Positions 26,901 through 37,465 are shown, counted from the first letter of the whole stretch. The stretch: DNA of 55,928 bases, filler included, from Dugesia japonica (GCA_001938525.1; 4 parts of 4 records of this genome joined end to end with filler, not necessarily neighbours in it), one strand, 5' to 3'. The notes: generated from the letters alone by a model not told the origin. Numbers and translations are program-made.

Positions 26901-27281
26901 ATTCAAAATTTTGATCAATCAAGAAAAGTGCAAATGGAAAGAAAAAGAAGTAGTTCCAGTCATAAAGTACCACAACTTAAAGAACAATATGAATCTATTC
27001 AACAAAATCCTAGACCTCCTATCCCTACGAAAAAACATTCTTTCAATGGAGAAAGTCAAAAGGTTCAAAAATTAGTAAAGAATATTGAAACAAACAAAAC
27101 AAATGAAAAAGCGAAAAACCTTACTCGTAATAATGGGCCGATTAAACCTTCACACAATTTACAAAGTAAAAATACTTCAATAGAACATTCAAAACCGTCT
27201 ACTCTATCACATACAAGCAATAAACAATCATTACATGATAAGTTGAATGATAGCAATGATGACGATGTTACTTACATTTAA
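64..27281 (+). CDS. ARHGAP20: Spliced Rho GTPase-activating protein gene, PH + Ras-associating + RhoGAP + disordered tail (ARHGAP20-like), 5'-partial
   Basis: GT-AG exons chain in consistent phase for 64-3240 and for 5824-27281. PH C-terminus LRIGGPFGNDMIIRFQSPLTRNEWYKYL; RA-like SKPLQINGTTNGSNLKKMAMSIF; RhoGAP ENEMPKWLMILLADLYNEGAKCEGIFRLTG...NQMNITNVSTCFSQNLF. Exons between 3240 and 5824 are not fully resolved. The symbol is inferred from domain order. Confidence 0.8.
2591..2627 (-). ncRNA. Minimal type I hammerhead ribozyme (inverted twin)
   Basis: Exact reverse complement of 2638-2674. Confidence 0.8.
2638..2674 (+). ncRNA. Minimal type I hammerhead ribozyme
   Basis: CAAUUC-CUGACGA-A-GAC(AAG)GUC-GAAA-UA-UC-GAAUUG: 6-bp stem I, intact core, 3-bp stem II, palindromic AUAU stem III, predicted cleavage after C2668. 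Confidence 0.8.
2915..2987. repeat. (TAA)n microsatellite, gap-adjacent
   Basis: Direct reading. Confidence 0.95.
3013..3094 (+). CDS. RhoGAP gene exon
   Basis: ttacag acceptor, phase 2 matches previous exon, KITAYQEIIKSSISSITIFNDTNPTSS, followed by a 53-nt intron. Confidence 0.7.
3148..3240 (+). CDS. RhoGAP gene exon, RA-domain-like
   Basis: aatag acceptor, 31 codons APLVSKPLQINGTTNGSNLKKMAMSIFEIKD, gttagt donor. Confidence 0.7.
3346..3525 (+). mobile_element. Hammerhead-repeat family copy with short inverted fragment
   Basis: ttcttcaggaatatca / tgatattcctgaagaa inverted; tail atcgaagctt...ttattctcgcaataatt. Confidence 0.65.
3384..3419 (+). ncRNA. Hammerhead ribozyme, partly degenerate copy
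   Basis: UAUUC-CUGAAGA-...-GAAA-AU-UC-GAAUA; stem I and palindromic stem III preserved by compensatory changes, stem II disrupted. Confidence 0.6.
5351..5490 (+). CDS. Probable RhoGAP gene exon (end of RA-like domain)
   Basis: ttttag acceptor, open frame ending LCTFVLTI, resembling the RA-terminal strand; donor position and phase uncertain. Confidence 0.45.
5824..5884 (+). CDS. Probable RhoGAP gene exon
   Basis: ttctag acceptor, G|GTATGT donor, phase 1 matches the exon at 11602. Confidence 0.5.
6304..7037 (+). mobile_element. Mutator/MULE deletion derivative
   Basis: Imperfect ~45-bp TIRs (tacacagacatttcata... / ...tatgaaatgtttgtgta); internal RTNNFVEGWHSRFQK...RKFIEFLQ matches the MULE transposase C-terminus; attagtata micro-repeats at 6760-6885. 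Confidence 0.7.
7225..7237 (+). promoter_or_regulatory. Primer-binding site, probably tRNA-Arg(ACG)
   Basis: TGGCGATCCAGCC directly upstream of gag; tRNA identity from recalled tRNA 3' ends. Confidence 0.6.
8887..9618 (+). pseudogene. pol: Gypsy reverse transcriptase
   Basis: DFRMLN, KTAFST, RMPFGLSTAPATFQ, YIDD, LRSFLGM. Confidence 0.92.
11602..11742 (+). CDS. Probable RhoGAP gene exon (linker)
   Basis: ttgtag acceptor, DVSPMVLQEHANN..., phase-1 donor at 11743 (alternative phase-1 donor at 11671). Confidence 0.55.
11791..11915 (+). CDS. RhoGAP gene exon, start of RhoGAP domain
   Basis: atctag acceptor, ...GRWIENEMPKWLM, G|GTAAAA donor phase 0 joining ILLADLY at 17732. Confidence 0.8.
12465..13840 (-). 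mobile_element. Decayed Tigger/pogo element abutting a Tc1/mariner N-terminal HTH fragment
   Basis: TA-CAGTAAAACCCCGATTATCC TIR at 12465; minus-strand LFLRGKSEN..WNSKLTRDGRNILLVID (pogo DDE_1-like) and YGVPRTIIVGII; 13700-13840 MPRKVTLDERKFVLKSY..FETPPPT (DUF4817-like). Confidence 0.55.
12561..12742 (+). mobile_element. Hammerhead-repeat family copy with inverted fragment
   Basis: agactaagtcgaaaattcgaatt...gatcgaagctttt...cgatcaatggtta...ttattctcgcaataattg; core mutated. Confidence 0.7.
14339..14948. mobile_element. Tc1/mariner-type MITE (610 bp)
   Basis: TIRs CAGGGTTTTTCATCATATTTTAACATTATTTCA / near reverse complement ending at 14948, TA on both sides, no coding capacity. Confidence 0.8.
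15500..16608 (+). mobile_element. Degenerate maT (DD37D) Tc1/mariner transposon
   Basis: LNTQNERI, AVSWKSKTQLQFI, WHQNGAKTYT...WPSKSSDLTVMDYSI with 37 residues between the catalytic positions; right TIR tgaatcatcctg+TA; left boundary approximate. Confidence 0.75.
17010..17140. repeat. Two tandem Tigger-like TIR ends
   Basis: ggcggtata..agggttgactgta at ~17024 and ~17116. Confidence 0.55.
17409..17449 (+). ncRNA. Degenerate hammerhead ribozyme of a second family
   Basis: AAAUC-CUGAUAA-...-GAAA-CG-UC-GGUUU; stem I with one G-U pair, ACGU palindrome, core G8>A and stem II decayed. Confidence 0.45.
17732..17890 (+). CDS. RhoGAP gene exon with arginine finger
   Basis: 53 codons ILLADLYNEGAKCEGIFRLTGS...NIHNKTNILK; canonical EGIFR motif. 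Confidence 0.9.
17935..18065 (+). CDS. RhoGAP gene exon
   Basis: 44-nt upstream intron, KFISIIDGSLLS...QTKLI, phase-2 donor. Confidence 0.85.
19041..19209. repeat. Tandem duplication, ~90-bp period
   Basis: actttatttattaaaacttaattttaaaat.taaaacaaatactcattagtcatttaa occurs twice. Confidence 0.8.
19466..19541. repeat. Hammerhead-repeat family fragment
   Basis: ttcgatcaaa plus gtccaacaattattctagcaataattgtaattgtaaa. Confidence 0.55.
19731..20014 (+). CDS. RhoGAP gene exon, C-terminal half of GAP domain
   Basis: T8-AG acceptor, phase 2, IQKIPPNHLNFFQHIL...NSQINQMNITNVSTCFSQNLF (NxMxxxN motif), gtgaga donor phase 1. Confidence 0.9.
21195..21394 (-). repeat. 3' LTR
   Basis: Direct repeat of 24539-24740, TG...CA ends, follows the polypurine tract. 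Confidence 0.9.
24526..24538 (-). promoter_or_regulatory. Primer-binding site, probably tRNA-Leu
   Basis: TGGTGGCAGCGGT, complementary to the recalled tRNA-Leu 3' end ACCGCTGCCACCA. Confidence 0.7.
24539..24740 (-). repeat. 5' LTR
   Basis: Direct repeat of 21195-21394, immediately followed by the PBS. Confidence 0.9.
24990..25961 (-). mobile_element. Degenerate mariner element
   Basis: TAARTWESICSVLGKD...FRRFKSGDFSLTDKQRPG HTH; mariner-type TIR ATTAGGTTTACAAAT at ~25961; 44-bp local duplication at 24912/24990. Confidence 0.7.
26044..26121 (-). repeat. Hammerhead-repeat family copy with internal deletion
   Basis: aataaaagcttcgatcaaa...gtcttcgccaggacttgactttt. Confidence 0.65.
26178..26226 (+). 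CDS. RhoGAP gene exon
   Basis: ttatag acceptor, phase 1 in and phase 2 out, HHKSDGAVNFDLEFN, 43-nt downstream intron. Confidence 0.7.
26270..27281 (+). CDS. Terminal exon of RhoGAP gene, S/N/K/P-rich disordered tail
   Basis: ~1 kb open frame in AT-rich DNA, in phase with upstream exons; proline motifs PVVPPRLK, PVIPSR, PRPPIPTKK; ends VTYI-stop. Confidence 0.85.
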
Positions 27282-27875
27282 TGAAATCAAACATTTTTTT
27301 TCAATTTCTGGCTAGTTTTTAAGTATTATTTTGAAATTGAATAATTGTCAAATGCTATTATGCAGATTGTATTGTATGTAATTATGTTGAAATGATAAAA
27401 TATTGTCTAACCTTAACTTAGATTGCAATTATTTTTCTATATTTGTTTGTCAGTTTGTTTATGATTTGTTTAAAATCGATATTATTCATTACTTGTTTTG
27501 AAAATTCTATACATTATTAAATTCTTTTGTTAATTTAATTGTTTTACAAAATTATTTTGAAATTTTAAAAATATAGTGAAAATTTTATTCCATTTAAGAA
27601 CTATAATATTAATGGCGTATGAACTTGCTAATTTAATAAAACTTCGTTGAAAATTTCGTAATAATTACCATTATTAAAAGAAATTTTTTTCATAGTTTTT
27701 GTGGTGAAATAGAATCTATTTTTAAATTTATATCGTTAAGTTTAATTCATACAATTTCATAAAATAGTAAATTAAAGTTAATAAAATTGTGAAGTCAGGG
27801 AGTTTTCTTAATCAGAAACTAATCGAATTTGTGCATTTCTAGTTCCAGGTTTTCGGGATAAGCGTTCAATTTCGT

Positions 27876-27975
27876 NNNNNNNNNNNNNNNNNNNNNNNNN
27901 NNNNNNNNNNNNNNNNNNNTTAATTAATTAANNNNNNNNNNNNNNNNNNNNNNNNNNNNNNNNNNNNNNNNNNNN
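27876..27975. other. Artificial contig linker
   Basis: 44 N + TTAATTAATTAA + 44 N. Confidence 0.97.
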
Positions 27976-28099
27976 AGGAGAAAATTTGTGTAAGAACCAA
28001 GTGTTAATAATAAAGAATCGTGGGAATATTTAAATTACTCTTGTTGGTATTGTCTAAGTTTAAAATTTGGAGTTTTTAATTGTTTATATTTTTGTAGAG

Positions 28100-28620
28100 A
28101 ATCCCGTGTGGTATATTGTTAATAATTTATTTATAAAACATGTATCTATATATATCCTTCTATATGAGGAATTTCGTCATGTTGTCCTTAATATCATTCT
28201 TTGAAATAAACTTATGTCCTCATATATGTTTCTTCAGATGATTGAACAATCAGAAATCACTTGGTACCAGATATGGACTGTATGGAGTAATTTACAGCTG
28301 CACAAATGTTTTTTGTGTTTTCTTGGAAGTATGAATATGAGAGTTATCATGGTGCAAATAAAGATCCTGGTTGCGTAACTTGGGTCGGATGACTTGGGTT
28401 TCAAGTATGAGATTACTGTATTAATCCAATTTTATGATTTCTTCAGTTTAATCTGGTTTCACTTCTACGTATATCAAAACTTCTACAAATTCTTCATAAA
28501 AATTTCGAATACTATTATTCAGAGTTAATTTGGGATCCATTAAATCTGAACAAAAACTTTTACATTCTAATAATACATCAATTATATCATAAATGGAATT
28601 GTGTCCAGTTTAGAAGTCTA
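28100..28620 (-). mobile_element. Mariner transposase C-terminal relic
   Basis: LHHDNSHIHTS and PYSPYLVPSDF*LFNHLK motifs. Confidence 0.75.
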
Positions 28621-28809
28621 GTAGAAATAATCGTTATTAGTAAATCTTTGCGACTAAACAGAAGGTCTATCATATGTTTATCAATTATTAATTGAATTTT
28701 GATATTTTTTATTATATAATTTTAATATATTTGAAAATTTTTTAAAATTTTTTGTCAATTATAATTATCAAATTTAAAAAAATCTTTAACCAATATTTTT
28801 TACTAAAAG

Positions 28810-28812
<3 letters not shown>

Positions 28813-28877
<65 letters not shown>

Positions 28878-28927
28878 NNNNNNNNNNNNNNNNNNNNNNN
28901 NNNNNNNNNNNNNNNNNNNNNNNNNNN

Positions 28928-28979
<52 letters not shown>

Positions 28980-28981
28980 TA
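28813..28981. repeat. (TTA)n microsatellite spanning a gap
   Basis: Direct reading. Confidence 0.95.
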
Positions 28982-29377
28982 ATATTTTAAGAATTATTAA
29001 ATTATTTTAGTTAATGATTATTTATATTACATTAATATAATGAAACGGGATTTTTGTTTATGAAAATCATTTGGTACCGATCGGCATATAAACAAATTTT
29101 ATCTAAAGAGAATTATTGATGCAGACTGTGGGACATTTTGTTTAGTCAATTTATATTGGATGAAAATTCATTTAATTTTATTGTGCACATTATTAATCGA
29201 TAAATTTCGTAAATTTCCACTTATTCTTATGAAAATTAATTTTTAATTAAAGAAGAATAAAAAAANNNNNNNNNNNNNNNNNNNNNNNNNNNNNNNNNNN
29301 NNNNNNNNNAAACAAAATGTTTAGTTTTAATCAATATTCTATACGTTGAAATTTCGAGAATTTTGAAAGAAAAATGG

Positions 29378-29532
29378 GCTACGGCTTATACTCCGATTTT
29401 ATATTACGTTGTATAAGCCACCGTTTATACGCGAAAAATTGTGATTCTGAAAATTCGGAATCTCGAAGTGTATGATTTTCTCGTTTTTCTGCCTATTTAT
29501 AGTGTGGCTAATACCCCCGAAAAATACGGTAA
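29378..29532. mobile_element. Pogo-type MITE end
   Basis: Repeated ggcttatac/ggctaatac subterminal motifs ending in cgaaaaatacgg+TA. Confidence 0.5.
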
Positions 29533-30869
29533 ATTTGAATTGAATTGTAATTTTGAAATTTATTTTTCTTGCCACCGATATTTTCTTTAAACTCTGTTTG
29601 GACGAAAATGCATTAACTAACTGATTTGTATTCACGAGGGAACTACGCAGGCCTGTATTTCAGAGAATTCGATGNAAAGATAATAGTCATATTGAAAATT
29701 AAATGGATATTGTTAATTTCGTTTGGTTGTAATTCACGTAGTTTGGTTTGTACAACATCAATTAAATATCCGAAATTGCATGATGAATACATAAAAATAA
29801 TAAGCTTAAGGTATAATTTACCCCATCTCCATAACATGAATTTGCTGCCAATAACATTATCATAAATGTAATACTTGATTAATTTCTAATATTTATAGCA
29901 TCTTTCTATCGGATTCTGTGATTTATAAATCCGTGCGGTTCTCGAATCAGTCAAATAAAACAGGTACAAGGAGGATTTTCGAAATAACCATAACGTTAAA
30001 ATTACCACTTATTAATCAGGTTGAATAATAATTTACAATAGAATCCCCTTTAATGGGTTACATTTATTCACTTTGTTTTGACTAATTTAACCGGCTATCT
30101 CATTAAACCAAAGCAGAACTTTGCACACTTAGTGTTACCAACACGAAGTACGTAATAACTATTGAAATACTTATTATTCGGTTAGAATATAAATTCGTAG
30201 AGATTTTGCAATATTGTGTTTGAACTTCTAAACGAGATTATATTGTAGTATGAATATTCGATATATTTATTTTTCTGGTGTGATATCATATCAGTGTTCT
30301 GGTAGATGTGATATCAGAGATCTTAGGATGATGCCATTGCATTAATGATTTGATTTGATCGCTTTTTTATAACACCATATTTTTTAGAGAAACTAAAAAT
30401 ATCTAACATGAGTGTAGGAAGGTATTATGAAGGAATTAAATAAATCAATCGTTCCAATGTTTGGATTCAAAATCCGTTAACAGAAAAGAATTTGATATGT
30501 ACTGTTTCATTTTGTAATTTCTTACTTGTTGGAAACAAGAACGATCCTTTTCTGAAAAGAACAATTAAAGATGCTGAGGAATTAATTATGTTTAACAATT
30601 CTAAAAGTAAAGGTCATGGCAAAAAATAAATGTGTCACAAATTAACATTTCAAAACCGGCCGAAGTCCCAATAAAGTAATATTCTGAATTTGGTAGGATT
30701 AAATGGGCGTTATATAATACAAACTTCGTCCAGGAATTTGCCCTTTGACTTCCATGAAATCCTGGTCAAAATCGGATCTATTTAAAGCTGCAATCGTTGT
30801 ATTGGTTAATCGAAATGATATGCCTCTNNANTAGGATAATTCCAGACCTCATTTAAATATATTTACATA

Positions 30870-31440
30870 TATGCTGTAATTAATCAGGCCATAACATTCT
30901 ATTGGCGCCACTTTGGCTTAGGAAAAAGTTTAGGGACTTTATTTTGATTGAGCAGAATGTCGAAAGTTGTTGTACAGTATCCACTTCTCGTCGCTCGCTA
31001 AAATCCAATCAAGAACGGTTCATTTTTCTTACGTAAATGAAGAGCCAAGGATACCTTCAAACGATGATTTTTATGGATTTCTCTCAATTTGTAAGGTATC
31101 CATTTTACAACTTCCTTGATTTCCAAATTTCTCGCAAATAGTGGGAAACGGTTGTAGGTAATAAGTCTAGTTCAGAAACACGTTCTCAAACAGTTGTATG
31201 TGGATTAGCTTTGACTAACTCCTTCAATTGATCATTGTCAATTGTCGCTTTTGGTCCCTTTTTCAAATGTACGATTACTATTTCGAGCGGTTTATGCAGC
31301 TTTGTGTTACGGAGTGCTGCTGAAAACTTTGTAAAGTTTATTATGATGATGTTGCATCATTAAGAATTTCTCGTAAATTATTCGCTCAATTTCTTTTCTG
31401 GAAATTTTGATGTCAAAGACACACCTTGCTCTGATTGATA
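30870..31440 (-). mobile_element. Mariner transposase relic (N-terminal to first catalytic D)
   Basis: DNDQLKELVKANPHTTV and WILASDEKWILYNNFR. Confidence 0.75.
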
Positions 31441-31499
31441 AATCCCTGAAAACATTGATAAACTCATACAAAAATTGGAGCAAACTAAAACATTACTAT

Positions 31500-32176
31500 T
31501 ACATCAGATACTACATGATTTAATAGTAAGAAGTTTAATAAACATAGTTTCCATCTGTGCATCATTCCTGTGATGATGCAAAATCGAACCATTTTTAAAA
31601 CATATCATTACATATGGTGAAACATAGATAATGTACGACAAGAATGTGCGGAAACGATCTCAATACTTGATGAGATTGCACAAAAAAATATTAAAGTCAC
31701 AATTTACATCAACGAAGGTGATGTTTTGTGTTTTAGAAGTTTGGAAGGGAATCGTATATCATAAAATGATATAAACATGAAAAATGATTGATTCGGCTCT
31801 CTACTGTTAACATTTAACCAAATTATAGTAGGTAATTAACTGAAAAAGGTCAGAATCAATCAACCGAAAAGAAGTTGTGTTCCGCATAGCAATGCCAACT
31901 ACACACATCGTTGATATGCCGGTAAAACTTTATAGAGTTGGAGAAGTTTAAAGAAATCCCTTTTATAGTCCGAATAGTGCAGATTATCCATTGTTTCATT
32001 TACTACAGAATTTTTCTAATGGCGTAAANCTGGTGTCAATAGAGGTATTTAAAAATTACTTAGTTTAGGTTTTTGCCTAAAATTCTTAGTAACAGAAGAA
32101 TTCGTAGTTTAATAAAAATTATAATAAAAAAAGTGAGTTGGAAATTTTATTGAAAAACTTTTTGGACTAAATAATA
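31500..32176 (+). mobile_element. Mariner transposase relic (catalytic/C-terminal)
   Basis: LHQRKVMLC-like, KGIVYH, YSP..DYPLFHLLQNF. Confidence 0.65.
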
Positions 32177-32297
32177 CTATCAAGATTTATTATAAGAATT
32201 TAAAATATTTACATACCGACTATCATACTTACAAAATCGATTAACGTAAAGTATTATTTTTTTGTTGATATAATCATTCAGTTCTTATATATAGATA

Positions 32298-32437
32298 TTT
32301 ACAATTGCAATTATTGCGAGATTAATTGTTGGACATAACCATTTTCATAATTCATTTAAAACAAAGGCTTCGATCAAAATTTTGTTTTTTTTGTTTCCAA
32401 AAACAAATAAAATTTTTTTCGAAGCTTTTATTTTAAA
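32298..32437. repeat. Hammerhead-repeat family copy, inverted pair lacking the ribozyme
   Basis: tacaattgcaattattgcgag...ggacataaccatt...gcttcgatcaaaat then inverted tcgaagcttttatttt. Confidence 0.65.
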
Positions 32438-32447
32438 GGAATAGATA

Positions 32448-35320
32448 TATTTGTCCCTCGATTTGCACGGTTTCGCTTTAAAACGGTTTTTTAAAAAAAA
32501 TCAGTGTTATTCTTATAGTTTTATTTTATGTCATTTATCAGTATCATATTGATCGATGTACTCTTAAAATTCGTTCAAAGTACAAAAAGCTCGCTTTCCG
32601 AAGTTTCTATCTCAAATATAAAGATGGAGGCATTTTGAGTGAAAGATAAAAAAGTTTAAAGTCATTTGGCGATGTTTGATTATGCATAAGAAGGAAAATT
32701 ATTGTAAGGTGAGAAATTCAATTTTTTCTTAAAAAAAATAACCTCCAAATTTAAATGAATAAAAAAATAAAATTGTAATAGGATGATGTTATTCTTAAAT
32801 CATGAAAACATAAAAAAGAGAGATTTATTTTATATTCAAATTTGCAATCTTGTAATTAGATTATTTATAAATTTATTTATTGTTTAAAAATTTATTTATA
32901 ATTTTTTTCATTATTTATAAATTTTATTATCATTTGTAAATTTAGTTATTATTTATCAACTCGAACATTATTAAAAAATTAGAATTTTTCTTTCTTTAAA
33001 TTAATGGATTTGGTGCAATTATTTTTTAAAATTATTTTCGACTTTTCATCCTTACATACAATCAACCATCGCCATCATTTGTTCTGATTGAATTCTAACA
33101 ACTGTTTAAAAGTCGGTTTTTAAATTTTAAAAATTTATTTTCTAATAATGCTTCAACTTTATTAGAGCCCTATAATGTTATCAAAAAGAAAACTCAAGGA
33201 AAGAAAGACAATTAGTTTGGGGAAAAAATTGAAATTTTAGACAAACTAAAATCTGGACAGGGCTCAACATCCGTAGCAAAAGAATATGGAATGAACTGTT
33301 AGAACAATAAAGCGAATGGAAGATTTCATACGAAAAAGTGTTGCTAGGGGAACTACTATAAGTGCAAAATTTAATAGAAGCAGTGCAAAATGCTCTAGTA
33401 ATTTGGATAGAAGACAAAAGTCAAAAAAAATATCAGTAGATTCAAACTCGATAAGACACAAAGCGCTTAACATTTTTAGCTCTTTGAAAGAAAAGCAACA
33501 AACTCTATAGACTACAAAGTTTAGTGCAAGCAAGGGTGTGTTTGAAAACTTTAAAAAAAGACACAATCTGCATAACATTCAACTCAAAGGGGAAATAGCT
33601 TCCGGTGATGAGAAATCTGCAAAAGAATATCAAATAAAACTTGCAAAAATTATTGAAGAAAAGTCTTATGTTCCTGACTAAGTATTCAATGCCCAAGAGA
33701 CCGGGTTATTCTGGAAACAAAATGCAAGAAGAACGTATTTGTCAAAATCTAAGAGATCAGTCGGAGGATTTAAAGCAGCTTAGGATAGGGTAACTTTACT
33801 TCTGTGTAGTAACTTATCGAGTGATCGTTTTTTGAAACCTTTACTGATTAATAAAACTCAAAGGCCTCGTGTAATGAAAGAAAACGATTTAGAAAATTTA
33901 TCTTTATATATGCGTTTCAACTAAAAAGCCTGGATGACGTGCACGATCTTTGAGTAATAGTGTCATAATTGTTTCGTACCTAAAGTGAAAAGTTATTTAC
34001 ACGAAAAAACCTTCAGTTCAAAGTTCTATTAATCCTAGACAATTCGCCAAGTCATCCAATAGACTTTCAACATCTAAATGTAAAAATTCAGTTCTTGCCT
34101 CCTAATACAACTTCACTAATTCAACCGCCAGATCAAGGAATAGTTTCTAGATTTAAGGCTTACTATATTAGAAGAAGCTTCACAAATATTTTGGAAAAAA
34201 AAGATGAAAATCCTTCATTTACTTTACCTGAAGGGCGGAAAAATTTTACGATTTTGAATTGTATAACAAATGCGATTGCAGCAGTCGCCGAAATAAAAAA
34301 GTCCACATTAAGGTCTTGCTGGAAAGTCATATGACCTGAAGTAATAGTCGAAAGAAACGTTACTAAAGCTGAAAATGTTTACGCAAATATTACAGACATA
34401 GCTCATTCTATTGGAGGCGAGAAATTTAATGATTTAGATATTCCAGATATTGAAGAGTTATTTGAGGATAAGGAAATTTCAGATGCGGATCTAGTGGAAT
34501 TAGTATTACAAAAGGTTTCCAAAGACAATTTAGATAATAGTTCTGAATGTGAGAATAATGAAGCCAAAAGGTAATTGCTGAAGGTATTCGACTTGGTAGA
34601 GAACTGCAATCATATTTTTTAACAGAGATCCTGATACCGAGAGAACATTGAAATTTCAAAGAACAATAAAAAATGCGCTCAGTCAATATGAAGAAATTTA
34701 TAAGAATACCCGCNGAAGTAAGCAAATGTTAATAACTGATTTCGTGCCACCTAAAAGTCAATCAACTTTTAGTAATAACGTGGGAAATGTAGCCTACAAC
34801 TCAATTAGTGAAGGTGCACCTACGAAGAACGTTGATGAATTAGCTAATAATGACTCGGATAGTGACGTTACACCATATTATCAAAGAAAAAAATGGATTA
34901 TAGTTTTACATAGCTCAGAAGAATATTAAAAGCCAATTTTTTATTCTGTTTTTTTAAAGTTTGAGTTGTTACAAAGACTATTTGTGTTTGAATTCTTATA
35001 TTTTAGTTTTATTTACATTTTGTATAGTTTTTATTTGAAATTAATATTGCTAATTAATGTTAACGTTTTTTCTTTTAAAAAATGTTTTGAATTGGAATTG
35101 AATGAACCCCCCTCCTTTATTCTTCAGCATCTATCTCATTTTACACTATTATAATGAACATAATTTGAACTTTTATTTGTCTTCTTTAAATCGATTTATA
35201 CGGGGTTCGGGTTAATTGAACATATCTGATTACTTTGTATAAACTCTATGTCTCGTTTTACACGGTTTCGTTTTGGACGATTTTTTCAAGAACGTATCTA
35301 CTGTGGGAATGAGTACATAT
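32448..35320 (+). mobile_element. Near full-length degenerate Tigger/pogo transposon (TIGD1-like transposase)
   Basis: HTH_psq/CENP-B region, FSASKGVFENFKKRHNL, VFNAQETGLFWK, DRVTLLLCSN, KAWMT, LDNSPSHP, LPPNTTSLIQPPDQGI; stops and frameshifts; cacggtttcg subterminal motifs near both ends. Confidence 0.9.
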
Positions 35321-36456
35321 ATATAGTTGAAAAATTTCACCAAAATTGTTTTACTCGGCGTTTGACTTTTAAAATAAAAAAAAGTTGTAAGTAAAGTTAA
35401 GTTATGAAAATTTTTATATCCAACTTACAATAATTCGGTATATATCCCCCTGGTTTACTTCTTGATTAATTTTTTCAACTTTTTCTTAGAAAAATTTCCT
35501 TTGTAAGGTATTATTTAGAAATTTATTCTCATTTGTCGATTGTTTGATAAATATTTATTTTTTTGAAATTTAAATTTATTGAAATAAGTTAAAATTTTTA
35601 TTTCGTTTAATACTAATTTATTTAAAAAAAATTTTCGCTCTAAATAAAATATATAATAAAAAAAAATATATACTTCTTGATTTGAATTTATGACAAAACT
35701 AAATCATTATTTAATATTCTTGATAAAATTACTAAATGCACAAAAATTCCAGAAATACTGATTACTTTATTGAACATTTGTACCGATTTTAAAAATTCAT
35801 AGTTATTCATTGAAAAACCATACGAATATAAAAACCCAACTATTTAATATATTTTTTAAGAAATAAATAATATTATAATATTATTAAATAATTATTTAAC
35901 TTGCCAACTAGTCCAACAATATCAATTAATTTTTGGATAAATTAAAAATATTAATGGCATTTTTATACAACCAATACATATTCATAAGAACACCGATTTA
36001 TAGTTATTATTTTCTTGAACAGTAAATGCAGTAGCCGACTTCAAGAATAATTGAATAATTTTTTAAACACACAACATCTGAATCAGAGACACTAAATATG
36101 CTGTACCGACAGTTTTTTTTATAATCGCAGTAGAAATAACAAATTTTTCTCAGCTCTCGCTATCCCACTCGCTTGTTTAAGAAGCACCAACGGATCCTGT
36201 CTAATAATGGTTGACTAACGAGTATTTCGTCATCAATTTGGAAATTCTGTTGCAATTTACAAACCTGCATTTTAGACCACACAAATTACATAAATTTGAC
36301 ACATGGTGAAAAATCTCCATTAATATAATCACATCATCAACTCCCAATCAATATTTTACATTAACGAATATTGAAACATTAATTTTTTATCTTTTTGATT
36401 TTCTGTGGAAATTTTGTGTTTTTTTTGTTGGAAAATTATTAAAAATTTGAAGGTCC

Positions 36457-36866
36457 ATGAAAATTGTTCTTGGATTAATTGTAGCGGTGTTTTGGATTAT
36501 CATATCAATTGCGAAATATTCCGAGTCCGCAGCAGTAAAATATTCTGATTGTTTAAATGAACTTGAAAATTTAATGATTATTATTATTATTATTTTAATA
36601 TTTAATAAAAATATATTCAATTTAGGCTATATGTAACCGATCAAATTGTACAGAATGTACTTGTCAGGGTTTAGAGGGGCTAAAAGTAATCATTATTATT
36701 TTGCGGTAAAATGAAAAATAAAATTTTTAAGGGAGATATGGGTTTTGATGGTCATATTGGAAAACCAGGATATCGGGGTGCAAAAGGAGATCTTGGACCT
36801 AAAGGATTACCAGGATACAAAGGTAATGAAGGATATAAAGGAGATCAAGGTCCAAAAGGAATGATG
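36457..36866 (+). CDS. Type IV collagen alpha chain, first three exons (36457-36534, 36626-36685, 36732-36866), truncated by contig end
   Basis: Signal peptide MKIVLGLIVAVFWIIISIAKYSESAA; Cys-rich AICNRSNCTECTCQGLEGLK like the collagen IV 7S start; 15 perfect Gly-X-Y triplets; all introns GT-AG phase 0. Confidence 0.88.
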
Positions 36867-37465
36867 GTAAAAAAATTAACTTTTTTTTAAAAAATTAGTA
36901 ATTATCATTTGAACATTATTTTTTATTTAAGATTTTGGTTTTTCCGTCTTTTAGTTTTAATTTTTTTTTAATAATTACATTAAATTAACAAAAATACAAA
37001 TAAAACAATTTTTTTATAATCAATGATTTTTTAAAAAAGTTTTTAGCTGAAATAATTTTTGGAAAAATTTACAGAGTTCTACCGAACAAAATAAATTTGT
37101 TTTTCAACAAATATCTTTGTACTGGTGAAATTTTGATTGAACTATTTTTAAGACAATGAGAAAAATTATTGATCATTTTACTTTTCTTTTAAAGATAGAG
37201 AATGTTTCTTCAATTAACCCATTGATTAAACGAATAAAACTACATACAAAACCAAAGTTCAATAAAATTTGTTAAGCTCACTTGCCATATCGATTAACTC
37301 CATAAAACAGACAGTCGAGAAAAGTGTTATGATAAAATAATTTGCATTTAAAATATAAATTCAAATAAACTTCAAGTAATATTGATTCTTGTTGTTAGAT
37401 AAACGTATTATGAATATAATAAGTTAAGAGTATATCAAGTACTGTGACATAAAAATACAAAAAAA

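Noticed and set aside
35688-35777. Minus-strand signal-peptide-like ORF as the divergent collagen IV partner
   Set aside because: Ends in a stop after 29 codons, with no convincing donor and no downstream Gly-X-Y exons
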